From contig JAEDOC010000001.1 in assembly GCA_016302185.1 (NCBI GenBank), forward strand, positions 1 to 51,047: a stretch of 51,047 nt of DNA, written 5' to 3'. The notes under the pieces are model-generated. The model was not told the DNA's origin. It made no database searches and saw nothing but the letters and a program-made list of their open reading frames with translations. The translations under genes and the position numbers were made by a program. Positions 18,152 through 28,960 of the stretch are shown one piece after another (position 1 is the stretch's first letter; every line of letters begins with the position of its first letter). The DNA comes from Clostridium sp. Lineage in GTDB: Bacteria > Bacillota > Clostridia > Lachnospirales > Lachnospiraceae.

Positions 18152-21100
18152 ATGTCATTACAGTTTATTATCGGTGGCTCCGGTGCGGGAAAAACCAGAA
18201 GGCTTTATGAGGATCTGATCCGGCAATCCATAGAGCAGCCGGAAGGCCGCTATTTTGCGCTGGTACCGGAACAGTTTACTATGCAGACACAGAAAGAGAT
18301 CGTGGAGCTTCATCCCAGACACGGAGTTATGAATATTGATATTGTCAGCTTTGAGCGGCTGGCCTACCGTGTCTTTGAGGAGCTGGCGGTGGAACAGCTG
18401 GCGGTTCTGGATGATTGCGGAAAGTCCATGGTGCTGCGAAAGGTGGCTTCGGGCGTGAAAAAGGATCTGAAGCTTTTTGGAAGTCATTTAGAGAAGGCAG
18501 GTTTTATCAGTGAACTGAAGTCCATGCTTTCGGAGTTTTTCCAGTACGGAATTACCGGAGAACGGCTATTGGAGCTTTCAAAGGAGGCGGAGAGCCCGCT
18601 GCTTCGGCAGAAACTTTCGGACATGCAGGTGCTCTACCAGGCGTTCCAGGAGTATACGGGAGAGAAGATGATTGCCAAGGAAGAGCTTCTGGAGCTTCTC
18701 TGCCGCCGTCTTCCGGAATCGGAGCTGGTGAAGAACAGTGTGGTAACCCTGGATGGCTATACGGGCTTTACACCGGTACAGTATCAGCTTCTGGAGCTTC
18801 TGTTTAAGCACTGCAAAAAGGTAACGGTGACAGTGACCATGGATCCGGAAGAGGAACCGTACCGGGAGGGAAGGGAGGAGCATATCTTTCATATGAGCCG
18901 CCATACGATCTGTAAGCTTATTGATCTGGCGGCAGCGGCCGGCTGTAAAAGAGAGGAGGATATTCTTCTTCCTTCGGCGCAGAACCAGAGATTCGGGAAC
19001 AGCCCGGAGCTTCTTTTTATTGAACAGAATCTGTTCCGTTTTTCCGGAAAGAAACAGGTATGGACGAAGCCGTCCGAGTGTCTGGTTCTGGCACAGACAG
19101 CGTCTCCGTTAAAAGAGGTGCAGTACCTGTGCGGGGAGATCTGCCGCCTGGTTCGGGAAGAGGGCTACCGTTACCGTGAGATCGCAGTGATTACCGGAGA
19201 TCTGGAGACGTATTCCAGGGAAGTAATTCGTCAGTTTGGGGAGAATCAGATTCCCTGTTTTCTGGATCAGAAAAAAAATATTCTGGGCAATCCCATGGTG
19301 GAGCTTCTCAGAGCGGCGCTGGAGCTTCTGGGAGAGAATTTTTCTTATGAGGCGATGTTTCGCTATGTGAAGACCGGTCTGGCGCTGCCCCTTGCACCGG
19401 AGACCTACGACAAGAAGAGGGAGCAGGAGCTGATAGGCCGGATGGAGAATTATGTGCTGGCCCTTGGGATTCGCGGATGGAAGCGATGGTCTGAGCCCTG
19501 GGAGGAGGTGTACCGTGGAGCGGAGCTTCTGAACCTTGCGGAGCTGAATGCCTTTCGGGAGGCGGTTCTGGCGCCGCTGATTCCTCTGAAGGAGATATTT
19601 TCCCGCAGAAATATTACCGTACGGGAGCGAACAGAGGCTCTGGTGCATTTTCTGGAAATGCTGCAGATGGAGGAAAAGCTGCGTCTGTATGAGCAGCAGT
19701 TTCGTGAGGAGGGAGAAGTAAGCCTGGAAAAGGAATTCAGCCAGGTTTACGGACTGGTGATGGATCTGTTTGACAGGATCACGGCTCTTCTTGGGGAGGA
19801 ACAGACCGGACGGAAAGAATATACAGAGATTCTGGATGCCGGCTTTGCTGAGATTAAGGTAGGACTGATCCCGGCAGTAGTGGATCGGGTCGTAGTGGGT
19901 GATATCACAAGGACCCGTCTTCCTGAGATCCGCGTTCTCTTTTTTATTGGTGTCAATGACGGAATAGTGCCTTCCGTCTCGGGGCGTGGAGGTATCCTGT
20001 CCGAGGCAGAGCGCAGAAGCTTGAAGAGTTGTCATGTGGAGTTGGCGCCAACCGCCAGGGAAGAGAGCTTTCTGCAGCGTTTTTACCTTTATCTGGCCTT
20101 AACAAGGCCGTCGGATCGTCTCTATCTGTCTTGGTCGCTTCTGTCGGCGGACGGAAAGAGCAGAAAACCCTCCTCCCTGATAGGACAGCTGAGAACCCTG
20201 TTTCCTGACAAGGAGATCGTGGTTCCCAGGGAGGAGCAGCTGGCTGCCTGGTCCCTTCCTCTGGGACTTGAGTGGGTGCTGGAAGGCATGAAGGAGTATG
20301 AGACGCAGAAGGAAAAGCCGGAGTTTCTGGAGCTGTACCGATACCTGCTTCATTCGAAGGAGTATGGCGAAGAGATCCGGCATCTGCTGGACGCGGCCTT
20401 CTATTCCTATGAGGATCGGGGGATCGGACGGACTGCGGCGAAGGAGATCTACGGAACGATTCTTCGGGGAAGCATCACGCGGATGGAGCTGTACGCGGCC
20501 TGTGCCTATGCCCATTTTCTGGCTTATGGACTGGAGCTTAACAGGCGTCCGGTGTACGAGCTGGAGGCTTCGGATATCGGCAATCTGTTCCATGGGGCTA
20601 TTGATCTCTATTTTCAGCGGATGAAGGAAGAAAACCGTTCTTTTTCCGGGATCTCTGAAACGGATCGAAAGCAGCTGGTTGCGGAATGCGTCTCGGCGGT
20701 AACATCAGAGTATGGAAATACGATTATGAAGAGCTCCGGCCGTAATCAGTATCTGGAGAAAAAGGTGCTGCGTATTACGGACCGGACCATCTGGGCGCTG
20801 ACAGAGCAGCTGAAGAAGGGTGATTTTGAGCCGTCCGGCTTTGAAGTTACCTTTTCCCCGGCGGATAACCTGCGGGCAATGAAGATTCCTCTGTCACAGA
20901 ATGAGGCCATCCACCTGCGGGGACGGATCGACCGGATCGATCTCTGTGAGGACGGAGATCTGCTGTATGTCAAGATTATTGATTATAAAACAGGAAAAAC
21001 GAAATTTGATGTGACCGATCTGTATCACGGGCTGCAACTGCAGCTGGTGGTCTATATGGATGCGGCTGTGGAAAAGGTACAGCGCCAGGTTCCGGAAAAA

Positions 21101-21631
21101 AAGGTGGTTCCGGCAGGATTGTTCTATTATAACATCGAGGATCCGATGGCGGATCGGAAACCGAAAGAGGATCCGGAGGAGACCAGGGCTGAGATACTGA
21201 AACAGCTTCGGATGAACGGCCTGGTTAACGGGCGTCCCGAGGCTCTGGGCCATCTGGATCACCGTCTGGCTCCGGGAGAGGGAGGTACGGTGGATTCCAC
21301 AGTGGTGCCTGTTTCCCTGAAAAATGAAGAGATTGTGGAACGGAAGTCCTCTGTGGCAGGTGAGGCGAGATTTGCGGCACTTGGTTCTTTTGTCCACCGG
21401 AAGCTTACGGAAATGGGCCGGGAGATTCTGGACGGCTGTATCTCGGTGTCCCCTTATAAGGATGGCACCAGGACTGCCTGCGATTACTGCCCGTACCACA
21501 GTGTCTGCGGTTTTGATGCCAAAACGGACGGGTTCCGTTTCCGGCGGTTTGATTCTTTAAGCCCGGAGGAGATTTGGGCGGAGATCGATCAGCGTGTTGA
21601 AGAAAAAGGAGGAGAGGAAGGGTGGCAGTGA
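18152..21631 (+). CDS. addB: ATP-dependent helicase/nuclease subunit B
   Basis: GGSGAGKT, LVPEQ, RGRIDRID...IIDYKTG...LQL nuclease motif, Fe-S cysteines (C...CDYCPYHSVC). Confidence 0.96.
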   Translation: MSLQFIIGGSGAGKTRRLYEDLIRQSIEQPEGRYFALVPEQFTMQTQKEIVELHPRHGVMNIDIVSFERLAYRVFEELAVEQLAVLDDCGKSMVLRKVASGVKKDLKLFGSHLEKAGFISELKSMLSEFFQYGITGERLLELSKEAESPLLRQKLSDMQVLYQAFQEYTGEKMIAKEELLELLCRRLPESELVKNSVVTLDGYTGFTPVQYQLLELLFKHCKKVTVTVTMDPEEEPYREGREEHIFHMSRHTICKLIDLAAAAGCKREEDILLPSAQNQRFGNSPELLFIEQNLFRFSGKKQVWTKPSECLVLAQTASPLKEVQYLCGEICRLVREEGYRYREIAVITGDLETYSREVIRQFGENQIPCFLDQKKNILGNPMVELLRAALELLGENFSYEAMFRYVKTGLALPLAPETYDKKREQELIGRMENYVLALGIRGWKRWSEPWEEVYRGAELLNLAELNAFREAVLAPLIPLKEIFSRRNITVRERTEALVHFLEMLQMEEKLRLYEQQFREEGEVSLEKEFSQVYGLVMDLFDRITALLGEEQTGRKEYTEILDAGFAEIKVGLIPAVVDRVVVGDITRTRLPEIRVLFFIGVNDGIVPSVSGRGGILSEAERRSLKSCHVELAPTAREESFLQRFYLYLALTRPSDRLYLSWSLLSADGKSRKPSSLIGQLRTLFPDKEIVVPREEQLAAWSLPLGLEWVLEGMKEYETQKEKPEFLELYRYLLHSKEYGEEIRHLLDAAFYSYEDRGIGRTAAKEIYGTILRGSITRMELYAACAYAHFLAYGLELNRRPVYELEASDIGNLFHGAIDLYFQRMKEENRSFSGISETDRKQLVAECVSAVTSEYGNTIMKSSGRNQYLEKKVLRITDRTIWALTEQLKKGDFEPSGFEVTFSPADNLRAMKIPLSQNEAIHLRGRIDRIDLCEDGDLLYVKIIDYKTGKTKFDVTDLYHGLQLQLVVYMDAAVEKVQRQVPEKKVVPAGLFYYNIEDPMADRKPKEDPEETRAEILKQLRMNGLVNGRPEALGHLDHRLAPGEGGTVDSTVVPVSLKNEEIVERKSSVAGEARFAALGSFVHRKLTEMGREILDGCISVSPYKDGTRTACDYCPYHSVCGFDAKTDGFRFRRFDSLSPEEIWAEIDQRVEEKGGEEGWQ

Positions 21632-24600
21632 CATGGACCAGGGAACAGCTGGCGGTGATTGAGAGCCGGAACCGGAGTCTTCTGGTCTCTGCGGCAGCGG
21701 GAAGCGGAAAGACGGCAGTGCTGGTAGAACGGATGATTCGGATGATTACGGAAGGAGAACATCCGATGGATATCGACCGCCTTCTGGTGATGACCTTCAC
21801 CCGGGCGGCGGCATCGGAGATGCGGGAGCGGATTCAGGCAGCGATTGAGAAAAAGCTTCTGGAACAGCCGGAAAACCATCATCTGCAGCAGCAGGCAGTG
21901 CTGGTGGAATTTGCGCAGATTACCACCATTGACAGCTTCTGCCTTCATCTTCTGCGGGAGCACTTTGACCGTCTGGACATTGATCCTGCATTCCGGATCG
22001 GAGATGAGGGAGAAATGCTTCTGATGCGGACGGATGTTCTTAGAGATTTGACGGAGGAATATTACCAGGCAGCAGACGGTCGATTTGAACGATTTGTGGA
22101 TACGTACGCCGTGGGAAAGGCGGACGGCGGAATCGAGGATCTGATTCTTAAAGTGTATACCTTTGCGCAGAGCAATCCCTGGCCGAAGGAATGGCTGCAG
22201 CGATGTCGAAAAGAGGCGGAAAGCAGTACGCTGGAGGAACTGCAGCAGACGGAATGGATGCGTTTTTTACTGAAGGATGCGGCGATGCAGGCGGAGGAAT
22301 GGAAATGGCAGCTGACCGAAGCGATTGCATTGTGCAGAGAGGAGAACGGGCCGGAGCCCTATCTTCCCATGCTTCTGGAGGATCTGGCCGGCGTGGAACG
22401 AATCCTGTCTGCCGTAACCTCCTACGAGGATTTCAGCGGAGCGCTGGAACGAATGGAGTTTTCCCGCCTGGCAGCGATACGAGGAAAAAACAGTACAGTG
22501 GATCCGGAAAAAAAGGATGCGGTGGCAGAATGCCGCAAACGCATTAAAAAAGCAGTGGAGAAGATGAAGGAGGATTATGTCTTCGAGTCACCGGAACGGG
22601 TGCTTTCGGATCTGGAACAAAGCCGGGACGGGATTCTGATGCTTTTAGAACTGGCAGAGGAATTCGAACATCGTTTCCAGGAGAAAAAGAAAGAAAAACG
22701 GGTGGTGGATTTTAACGATCTGGAGCATTTTGCGCTGGAGATTCTGACGGAAGGAGAGAAGCATCTGCCGGGGCCGGTGGCAGATGAGCTGAGCCGGCAG
22801 TATGATGAGATTCTGGTGGATGAGTACCAGGACAGCAATCTGGTGCAGGAGACGCTGGTGCAATGCATCTGCCGGGAGCGGTTCGGCACCCCAAACGTAT
22901 TTATGGTGGGAGACGTAAAGCAGAGCATCTATAAATTCCGTCTGGCCAGGCCAGAGCTGTTTCTGGAAAAATACCATTCCTATACAGAGGAGGAGAGTTG
23001 TCATCAGAAAATCGAGCTGCACCGGAATTTCCGAAGCCGGGAAATGGTTCTCTCCTGTATCAATGATGTATTCTACCGGATTATGACGGAAAAGCTGGGC
23101 AATATCGAATACACGGAGGAAACCGCCCTGTATCCCGGCGCAGTCTTTGAGCCGAGAGAAGGGGAAGAAGAGCTGCGGCCTGAGCTGCTTCTGATGGATG
23201 TCTCCCAGGAGACCCTGCAGGAGCTGGATGAGGATGTGTCTGATTATACCGCAAGAGAGATGGAGGCAGGGATGATCGCCGCGAGGATCCGGGAGATGAC
23301 GGATGCGGACACCGGAATCACTGTGTGGGATAAGGAGACAGAAGCGTACCGGAAGGCCTGCTATGGAGACATTGTAATTCTGCTGCGCAGTGTGTCCGGC
23401 TGGGCGGAGACCTTCACGGAGGTGCTGTCCCGGCAGGGAATCCCGGCCTATGCGGAGTCCAGGACCGGATATTTTGATACGGTAGAGGTGGAAACTGTAC
23501 TGAATCTGCTGTCTGTGATCGATAATCCCATGCAGGATATCCCATTGGCGTCGGTGTTAAAGGCACCGTTTGCCGGGCTGAGCGATGAAGAGCTGGCCCA
23601 TATCACGGCCTTTTATCGCCGTCAGACAGAGGCAAAGCAGGAGACAGGACTCTATGCGGCGGTAACGGAGTATGTGAAGAAAGAAGAGACAGAGACAAAA
23701 GAGGCAGAAAAGGAAGAGAGTGCGGGTCAGATCGACAGGGATCCGGAAACAGTTCATCGTCTTCAGCGGATTTTGAAGCTGCTTTCTGAACTAAGGAATT
23801 GTGCGGTGTATCTTCCCATGCATGAACTGCTCTATCGTATCTATGACCGAACCGGATATTACCATTATGTGACGGCTCTGCCGGGAGGAGAGGTGCGCCG
23901 TGCCAACCTGGATATGCTGGTGGAGAAAGCGGCGGCCTACGAGGCCACCAGCTATCGGGGCGTATTCCATTTTATCCGTTATATTGAAAAATTAAAGAAA
24001 TACAACACAGATTTCGGGGAAGCTTCCGTATCGGAGGATCAGGGTAATACGGTCCGGATTCTCAGTATCCATAAGAGCAAGGGCCTGGAATTCCCTATTG
24101 TCTTTGTGGCAGGGCTGGGAAAGCAGTTTAATAAGCAGGATACCAGAGGGGCGATGCTGATTGACGCGGATTTGGGAATCGGCACCGATTATCTGGATGT
24201 GGAGAAACGGCTGAAGGGGCCGACTTTGAAGAAAAATGTGATGAAACGGCGGATGGAGCTGGATGCGCTGGGAGAAGAACTGAGAGTGCTCTATGTGGCG
24301 ATGACGCGGGCGAAGGAAAAGCTGATCCTGACGGCAGCGATAAAAAATCTGCCGGAACGACTGGAGAAATACCGCCATATTACTCTGGAAAACGGTCAGG
24401 TGCCATATACGCTGTTAACCACAGCCTCGGGGTATCTGGACTGGATTCTCATGAGTATGGCGCAGGGAAGTGTCAGAATCGATGTCCGGGAAGAGACAGC
24501 TGCAGGGCAGCTGGGACGTGAAATTGGGGATCAACTGCAGAAAAAAGCAAGGAAAGAGGAACTTCTTTCTATCGGAGAAGAGGAGGTATTTGCGCCTGAG

Positions 24601-25311
24601 TTTCGACAGAAGCTGGAAGCTTCCCATTCTTTCTCCTATCCCTGGAAGGCGGATATGGTGTTAAATACCAAAATGTCGGTTTCTGATTTAAAGAAAGCGG
24701 GGATGGAGGAAACACTGGAGGAAACAGTTCTGCTGCTGCCCACGATTCCTGCCTTTATGGAAGGACAAGGAGAACCGCTGCAGGGAGCATCACGCGGTAC
24801 GGCATATCACCGGGCGCTGGAGCTTCTGGATTTTACCTTTGGAGGAGCTTTGACAGAAGGGGCAGTGACGGAAGAACTTGTAAGCGCATCTCTTTCAGCC
24901 TTTGTACAGGAAGGCAGGCTGGCGAAAGAGGCGGCAGACAGCATTCAGGCTTCTGATCTGGTAAGATTCCTGAACAGCAGCCTTGGGCTTCGGATGCGCA
25001 GGGCAGCCGGGAAAGGCTGCCTGAAGAAGGAAAAACAGTTCGTGATTGGAATTCCGGCCCGGGAGATGGGAGATTGGGATTCCGGGGAGCGGATTCTGAT
25101 TCAGGGTATCATCGATGCTTTCTTTGAAGAAGACGGGGCGCTGATTCTGGTGGATTATAAGACGGATTATGTGACGGAAGGAGAGACGCTGAAAAAGCGG
25201 TATCAGACACAGCTGGAGTATTACCGGAGAGCGTTAGAGCAGATGACCGGGAAAAACGTGAAGGAGAGTTTCCTGTATTCCTTCCGGGTAGGGCTGGTTC
25301 CCATGGATTGA
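21622..25311 (+). CDS. addA: ATP-dependent helicase/nuclease subunit A
   Basis: AAAGSGKT, VDEYQD, VGDVKQSIYKFR, SIHKSKGLEF, C-terminal GIID...DYKT...QL..Y; GTG start overlaps the addB stop. Confidence 0.97.
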   Translation: MAVTWTREQLAVIESRNRSLLVSAAAGSGKTAVLVERMIRMITEGEHPMDIDRLLVMTFTRAAASEMRERIQAAIEKKLLEQPENHHLQQQAVLVEFAQITTIDSFCLHLLREHFDRLDIDPAFRIGDEGEMLLMRTDVLRDLTEEYYQAADGRFERFVDTYAVGKADGGIEDLILKVYTFAQSNPWPKEWLQRCRKEAESSTLEELQQTEWMRFLLKDAAMQAEEWKWQLTEAIALCREENGPEPYLPMLLEDLAGVERILSAVTSYEDFSGALERMEFSRLAAIRGKNSTVDPEKKDAVAECRKRIKKAVEKMKEDYVFESPERVLSDLEQSRDGILMLLELAEEFEHRFQEKKKEKRVVDFNDLEHFALEILTEGEKHLPGPVADELSRQYDEILVDEYQDSNLVQETLVQCICRERFGTPNVFMVGDVKQSIYKFRLARPELFLEKYHSYTEEESCHQKIELHRNFRSREMVLSCINDVFYRIMTEKLGNIEYTEETALYPGAVFEPREGEEELRPELLLMDVSQETLQELDEDVSDYTAREMEAGMIAARIREMTDADTGITVWDKETEAYRKACYGDIVILLRSVSGWAETFTEVLSRQGIPAYAESRTGYFDTVEVETVLNLLSVIDNPMQDIPLASVLKAPFAGLSDEELAHITAFYRRQTEAKQETGLYAAVTEYVKKEETETKEAEKEESAGQIDRDPETVHRLQRILKLLSELRNCAVYLPMHELLYRIYDRTGYYHYVTALPGGEVRRANLDMLVEKAAAYEATSYRGVFHFIRYIEKLKKYNTDFGEASVSEDQGNTVRILSIHKSKGLEFPIVFVAGLGKQFNKQDTRGAMLIDADLGIGTDYLDVEKRLKGPTLKKNVMKRRMELDALGEELRVLYVAMTRAKEKLILTAAIKNLPERLEKYRHITLENGQVPYTLLTTASGYLDWILMSMAQGSVRIDVREETAAGQLGREIGDQLQKKARKEELLSIGEEEVFAPEFRQKLEASHSFSYPWKADMVLNTKMSVSDLKKAGMEETLEETVLLLPTIPAFMEGQGEPLQGASRGTAYHRALELLDFTFGGALTEGAVTEELVSASLSAFVQEGRLAKEAADSIQASDLVRFLNSSLGLRMRRAAGKGCLKKEKQFVIGIPAREMGDWDSGERILIQGIIDAFFEEDGALILVDYKTDYVTEGETLKKRYQTQLEYYRRALEQMTGKNVKESFLYSFRVGLVPMD

Positions 25312-25352
25312 TTTCCTTTTTCTTACGTTTCCTTTAATTCTTTGTCCTTTTT

Positions 25353-25381
25353 TTGACAAGGCCTGAAAAACAGGGTACACT
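25353..25381 (+). promoter_or_regulatory. sigmaA promoter candidate
   Basis: TTGACA-17 bp-TACACT. Confidence 0.7.
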
Positions 25382-25421
25382 GTTAAAGAAGATTTTTTGC
25401 AAATATAAGGAGTGTCATAGG

Positions 25422-27299
25422 ATGAAGAAGAAAAGAACAGAGAGAAACGGCATGGCGCGCATGACAGTGCTGATGACATCTCTGGCGCTTCTGACCGTTC
25501 CGGTGGTTCTGTCCGGCTGCCGGAAGGCAGAGCCGGTGGAGTCTTCCTCGGTGGAGGCAGGTACGGAGGCGAAGGAGAGTAAAGCCGAAGAGCCGGAGAA
25601 GATGGACTGGAAGGAAGCGACGGCGACGGCCGAGGGAAGTGCCAACCGGATGGTGGAATCCGGAGGTCATCTGTTTTTTAAATATAAGAACGGAATTTAC
25701 AAGATTGACGAGAAGACAGAGGCGCTGACCCTTCTGCGTGAATTCGAAGACGGGGAGGAGAACGGAAGCTTCTGGGTGTACCGGGGCGGCCTCTACTATG
25801 ATGTCAGTGTATCCGGAACCCAGGGCGAGAGCAGCTTTTTCGGACTTTACCGGATGGATCTGGAGATGGGAACGGAGGAGCATCTGTCTGATCTGATGGC
25901 ATTGCCGACAGAGATTTACGCATCGGAGGATAAGCTGTATATCCGCGGCTATGATATGAATATTGTATATGCGCTGGATAACGATGGGAAAACCAAGGGC
26001 GAGCTGTCTCCGACGGAGACGGTATACAGCCAGATTCCGGATGACTGCCGGGAATTATTCTTCGGAGTACTGCCTTACTATCTGGATCATTGCGGCTATA
26101 TGCCGGTGCAGAATGATACCTGTCTGGTGATTGCGGACACGGACGGAAGCAATCCACGGGAAGTGACGGAGGTGACCAATACTTCCTCGGTTTTATTTGC
26201 GGAGAACTGTTTTTTTGCCGTGTTCAGCGACGGCAGCGGGAATACCCAGTGCTGGCGTTATGAGGCGGATTCCCTGGAGAAGACGCTGGTGTTTGAATCC
26301 TCGGGCAATCCGCAGCCGGTACAGTACCGGGACGGTGTACTCTATTATATGGAGTACCGGGATTCTGAACTTGTAACCGGGGATACAGCATTTTATCAGA
26401 TAGCGGCCGATCGGAAGACAGCGGGAACCAGCGAGCCGAAAGAGATCATGACCATGAAGGAAGAGCCGGGAATGACAGGGGAATATACGTATTACGGTAA
26501 TTTCTATGCATCCGGTACCTGTGTCTATGGTCAGCAGCTCTCTGATTACGGCGTGTATATCGGAAAAGAAGAGGTGGGACAGGAGGAACCGTCCCTGTTA
26601 CAGCCGGCACTGTTCCAGTCTCCGATTCTGAAGCTGGGGCATGTGGAAGGGGAGCATGAGGAAATCTCCTGTGCCTGCGGGGCTTATACAGCAGTAGAAC
26701 TGTATACGGAAAAGATGGTATTTGAAGGGGATGGAGAAGCTGTGGAGGCAATGAACCGGACTATGGAAGAACGAAGGCAGCAGATAATTCAGTCTGCCGG
26801 TTCCAATTTGTCCGCAGAAGACGAGGAGTGGATCCATCAGCAGGCAGAGAGGAGCCGCTCCAATACCCTGACTTATGTCATTGACGGAAGTGAGGGAATT
26901 ACGTACTGCAGTGACCGGTATTTAAGCATTATGGCCAGCGGGTATGAATATACCGGAGGTGCCCATGGAATGCCGTTTCGGGAATATTTTGTTTTTGATC
27001 GGGAAACCGGAGCAAGGCTGGCACTCTCTGATATTGTAGAGACCCCGGTGGAGGAGCTTCAGGAGAAGGTGGGGGCAGCCTTCCGGGCGCTGGCGGAGAA
27101 AACTAACTTTGCCTTTGAATCGCCGGAGGATCTGGAACACACCGTTTCTGACGATGTAAGCTATGAAAGTCCGTTTTTCTTAACGGAAGCGGGTATTGCA
27201 TTCTACTATGATCCTTACGTGATTGCCTCCTATGCGGAGGGCTTTCCACAGGTGGTGATTCCCTATGAGGAGCTGGAGCTGAAGATTGCCTTACAATAG
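25422..27299 (+). CDS. Lipoprotein with a beta-propeller-like region and C-terminal DUF4163/DUF3298 (RsiV/PdaC-like) domain
   Basis: Lipobox VLSGC; repeated LYY/IY beta-strand motifs; C-terminal YTGGAHG...FDRETG..L.LSDI...FYYDPY.IA.YA.G. Confidence 0.8.
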   Translation: MKKKRTERNGMARMTVLMTSLALLTVPVVLSGCRKAEPVESSSVEAGTEAKESKAEEPEKMDWKEATATAEGSANRMVESGGHLFFKYKNGIYKIDEKTEALTLLREFEDGEENGSFWVYRGGLYYDVSVSGTQGESSFFGLYRMDLEMGTEEHLSDLMALPTEIYASEDKLYIRGYDMNIVYALDNDGKTKGELSPTETVYSQIPDDCRELFFGVLPYYLDHCGYMPVQNDTCLVIADTDGSNPREVTEVTNTSSVLFAENCFFAVFSDGSGNTQCWRYEADSLEKTLVFESSGNPQPVQYRDGVLYYMEYRDSELVTGDTAFYQIAADRKTAGTSEPKEIMTMKEEPGMTGEYTYYGNFYASGTCVYGQQLSDYGVYIGKEEVGQEEPSLLQPALFQSPILKLGHVEGEHEEISCACGAYTAVELYTEKMVFEGDGEAVEAMNRTMEERRQQIIQSAGSNLSAEDEEWIHQQAERSRSNTLTYVIDGSEGITYCSDRYLSIMASGYEYTGGAHGMPFREYFVFDRETGARLALSDIVETPVEELQEKVGAAFRALAEKTNFAFESPEDLEHTVSDDVSYESPFFLTEAGIAFYYDPYVIASYAEGFPQVVIPYEELELKIALQ

Positions 27300-27306
27300 A
27301 TGAGGA

Positions 27307-27335
27307 TTGATTTCTGCGAAGGATTTGAGTATAAT
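27307..27335 (+). promoter_or_regulatory. sigmaA promoter of the cupin gene
   Basis: TTGATT-17 bp-TATAAT. Confidence 0.7.
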
Positions 27336-27378
27336 ATTTTTTAGACAAACAGAACATTTCAATGACAGGAGGCAGGAG

Positions 27379-27705
27379 ATGGAGACAGTAATCAAGGAGA
27401 ATTTCAACGGCGGAACCGGCCGTGTAATTATCAAGCATATCTTAAATGACCAGGAATTAAACGGTAAATGCAAGATGTTTGCCGAGGTGACCATCGAGCC
27501 GGGTTCTTCGCTTGGCTATCATGAGCATCATGGAAACAGCGAGACCTACTATATTATCAAGGGTCAGGGAGAGTACAATGACAACGGAACCATCCGTCAG
27601 GTAAATGTGGGAGACAGAACCTTTACGCCGGACGGCTTCGGTCACGGAATGGCCAATAAGGGAGACACAGATCTGGTATTCATGGCATTGATTATCAACG
27701 ATTAA
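27379..27705 (+). CDS. Cupin domain protein
   Basis: PGSSLGYHEHHGNSETYYIIKG...GD...P.G..HG..N cupin motifs; ATG after AGGAGG. Confidence 0.9.
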   Translation: METVIKENFNGGTGRVIIKHILNDQELNGKCKMFAEVTIEPGSSLGYHEHHGNSETYYIIKGQGEYNDNGTIRQVNVGDRTFTPDGFGHGMANKGDTDLVFMALIIND

Positions 27706-27709
27706 GGAA

Positions 27710-27746
27710 AGAAGGCTGCCGGCGCGGTGCGTGCGGCAGCTTTTCT
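27710..27746 (+). terminator. Terminator after the cupin gene
   Basis: AGAAGGCTGCCG...CGGCAGCTTTTCT. Confidence 0.65.
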
Positions 27747-27793
27747 GCATGATGGGACAGTTCCCATACGTATGAGAGAGCGAGGCGTATTTC

Positions 27794-28960
27794 GTGAAGT
27801 TATTTCATCTCTCCGATCTGCATATCGGAAAACAGTTAAATGGCTACAGCCTGCGGGAGAGCCAGGAGCAGATCTTTCAGCAGATCATTCATTACGCACA
27901 GGAGGAACAGCCGGACGCGGTGCTTCTCTGTGGGGATATCTATGATAAATCCATTCCGTCGGCGGAGGCAGTTACGGTTTTTGACCGATTCCTTACAGGT
28001 CTGTCAGAGGCGGCAAAGCAGGCTGAAATTCTGGTGATTTCCGGCAATCACGATTCACCGGAGCGGCTCTCCTATGCGTCTTCCTTTTTGAGCCGCCACC
28101 GGATTCATATCGGGGCGCTGCCGCCGCAGACGATGGATGAGTTCCTTACCCAGGTGACCCTGACCGATGTGTACGGACCGGTGCATTTTTATCTCTGCCC
28201 CTTTCTGAAGCCGGGCTATGTGAGACACCTCTTTGAGGCAGGAGTGGTGACGGATTATGACAGTGCATTTCACGCGGTACTCTCCCGGGAGACGGTAAAC
28301 TCTGCGGAGCGGAATGTGCTCCTGGCGCATCAGTTTTTTACCGCGTCCGGTGTGCATCCGGAAACCTGTGATTCTGAGACCTCGGTTCTGATGGCAGGAG
28401 GACTGGATGCGATCGATATCTCGGCGCTGGAGCAGTTTGATTATGCGGCACTGGGGCATCTGCATGGCCCCCAGAAGGTGGGAGAAGAGAGATTTCGCTA
28501 TTGCGGAAGCCCGGGGATTTATTCCGTCAGTGAAGAGCATCATCAGAAAGCGGTGACGGTGGTTGAACTGAGAGCAAAGGGAACGCCTCTTTTGATTCGG
28601 ACACTGCCTCTGTCTGCAGGCCGGCGTGTAAAGCGGCTGTCTGGCAGTCTGGAAGAACTGGTGGAGATGGCAGCGGACTGGAAGGAAGATTTTGTCAGCC
28701 TGACGCTGCAGGAGGAGCAGGAACCCTTTGATTTCAGGGAACAGCTGGAAGAGGTATATCACCGGATTCTGGAGATTCGGATTGAGAATGAGAGAACCAG
28801 AAGAAAGCTGCAGGAGGAGCTGGGAGAGCTGGAGATTCCCGGCCCGTTGGAGGCCTTTTCCCGCTTTTATGAAGCGGTACGCCACTGCCCGATGACGGAA
28901 AAACAGGAACAGCTGATGCGGGAGATTATCACGGAAGCGGAGGAGGAAGAGGAGAGATGA
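27794..28960 (+). CDS. sbcD: Exonuclease SbcD (Mre11-like)
   Basis: SDLHIG, GDIYD, GNHD, AH, LGHLH metallophosphoesterase motifs; overlaps the sbcC start. Confidence 0.95.
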   Translation: MKLFHLSDLHIGKQLNGYSLRESQEQIFQQIIHYAQEEQPDAVLLCGDIYDKSIPSAEAVTVFDRFLTGLSEAAKQAEILVISGNHDSPERLSYASSFLSRHRIHIGALPPQTMDEFLTQVTLTDVYGPVHFYLCPFLKPGYVRHLFEAGVVTDYDSAFHAVLSRETVNSAERNVLLAHQFFTASGVHPETCDSETSVLMAGGLDAIDISALEQFDYAALGHLHGPQKVGEERFRYCGSPGIYSVSEEHHQKAVTVVELRAKGTPLLIRTLPLSAGRRVKRLSGSLEELVEMAADWKEDFVSLTLQEEQEPFDFREQLEEVYHRILEIRIENERTRRKLQEELGELEIPGPLEAFSRFYEAVRHCPMTEKQEQLMREIITEAEEEEER

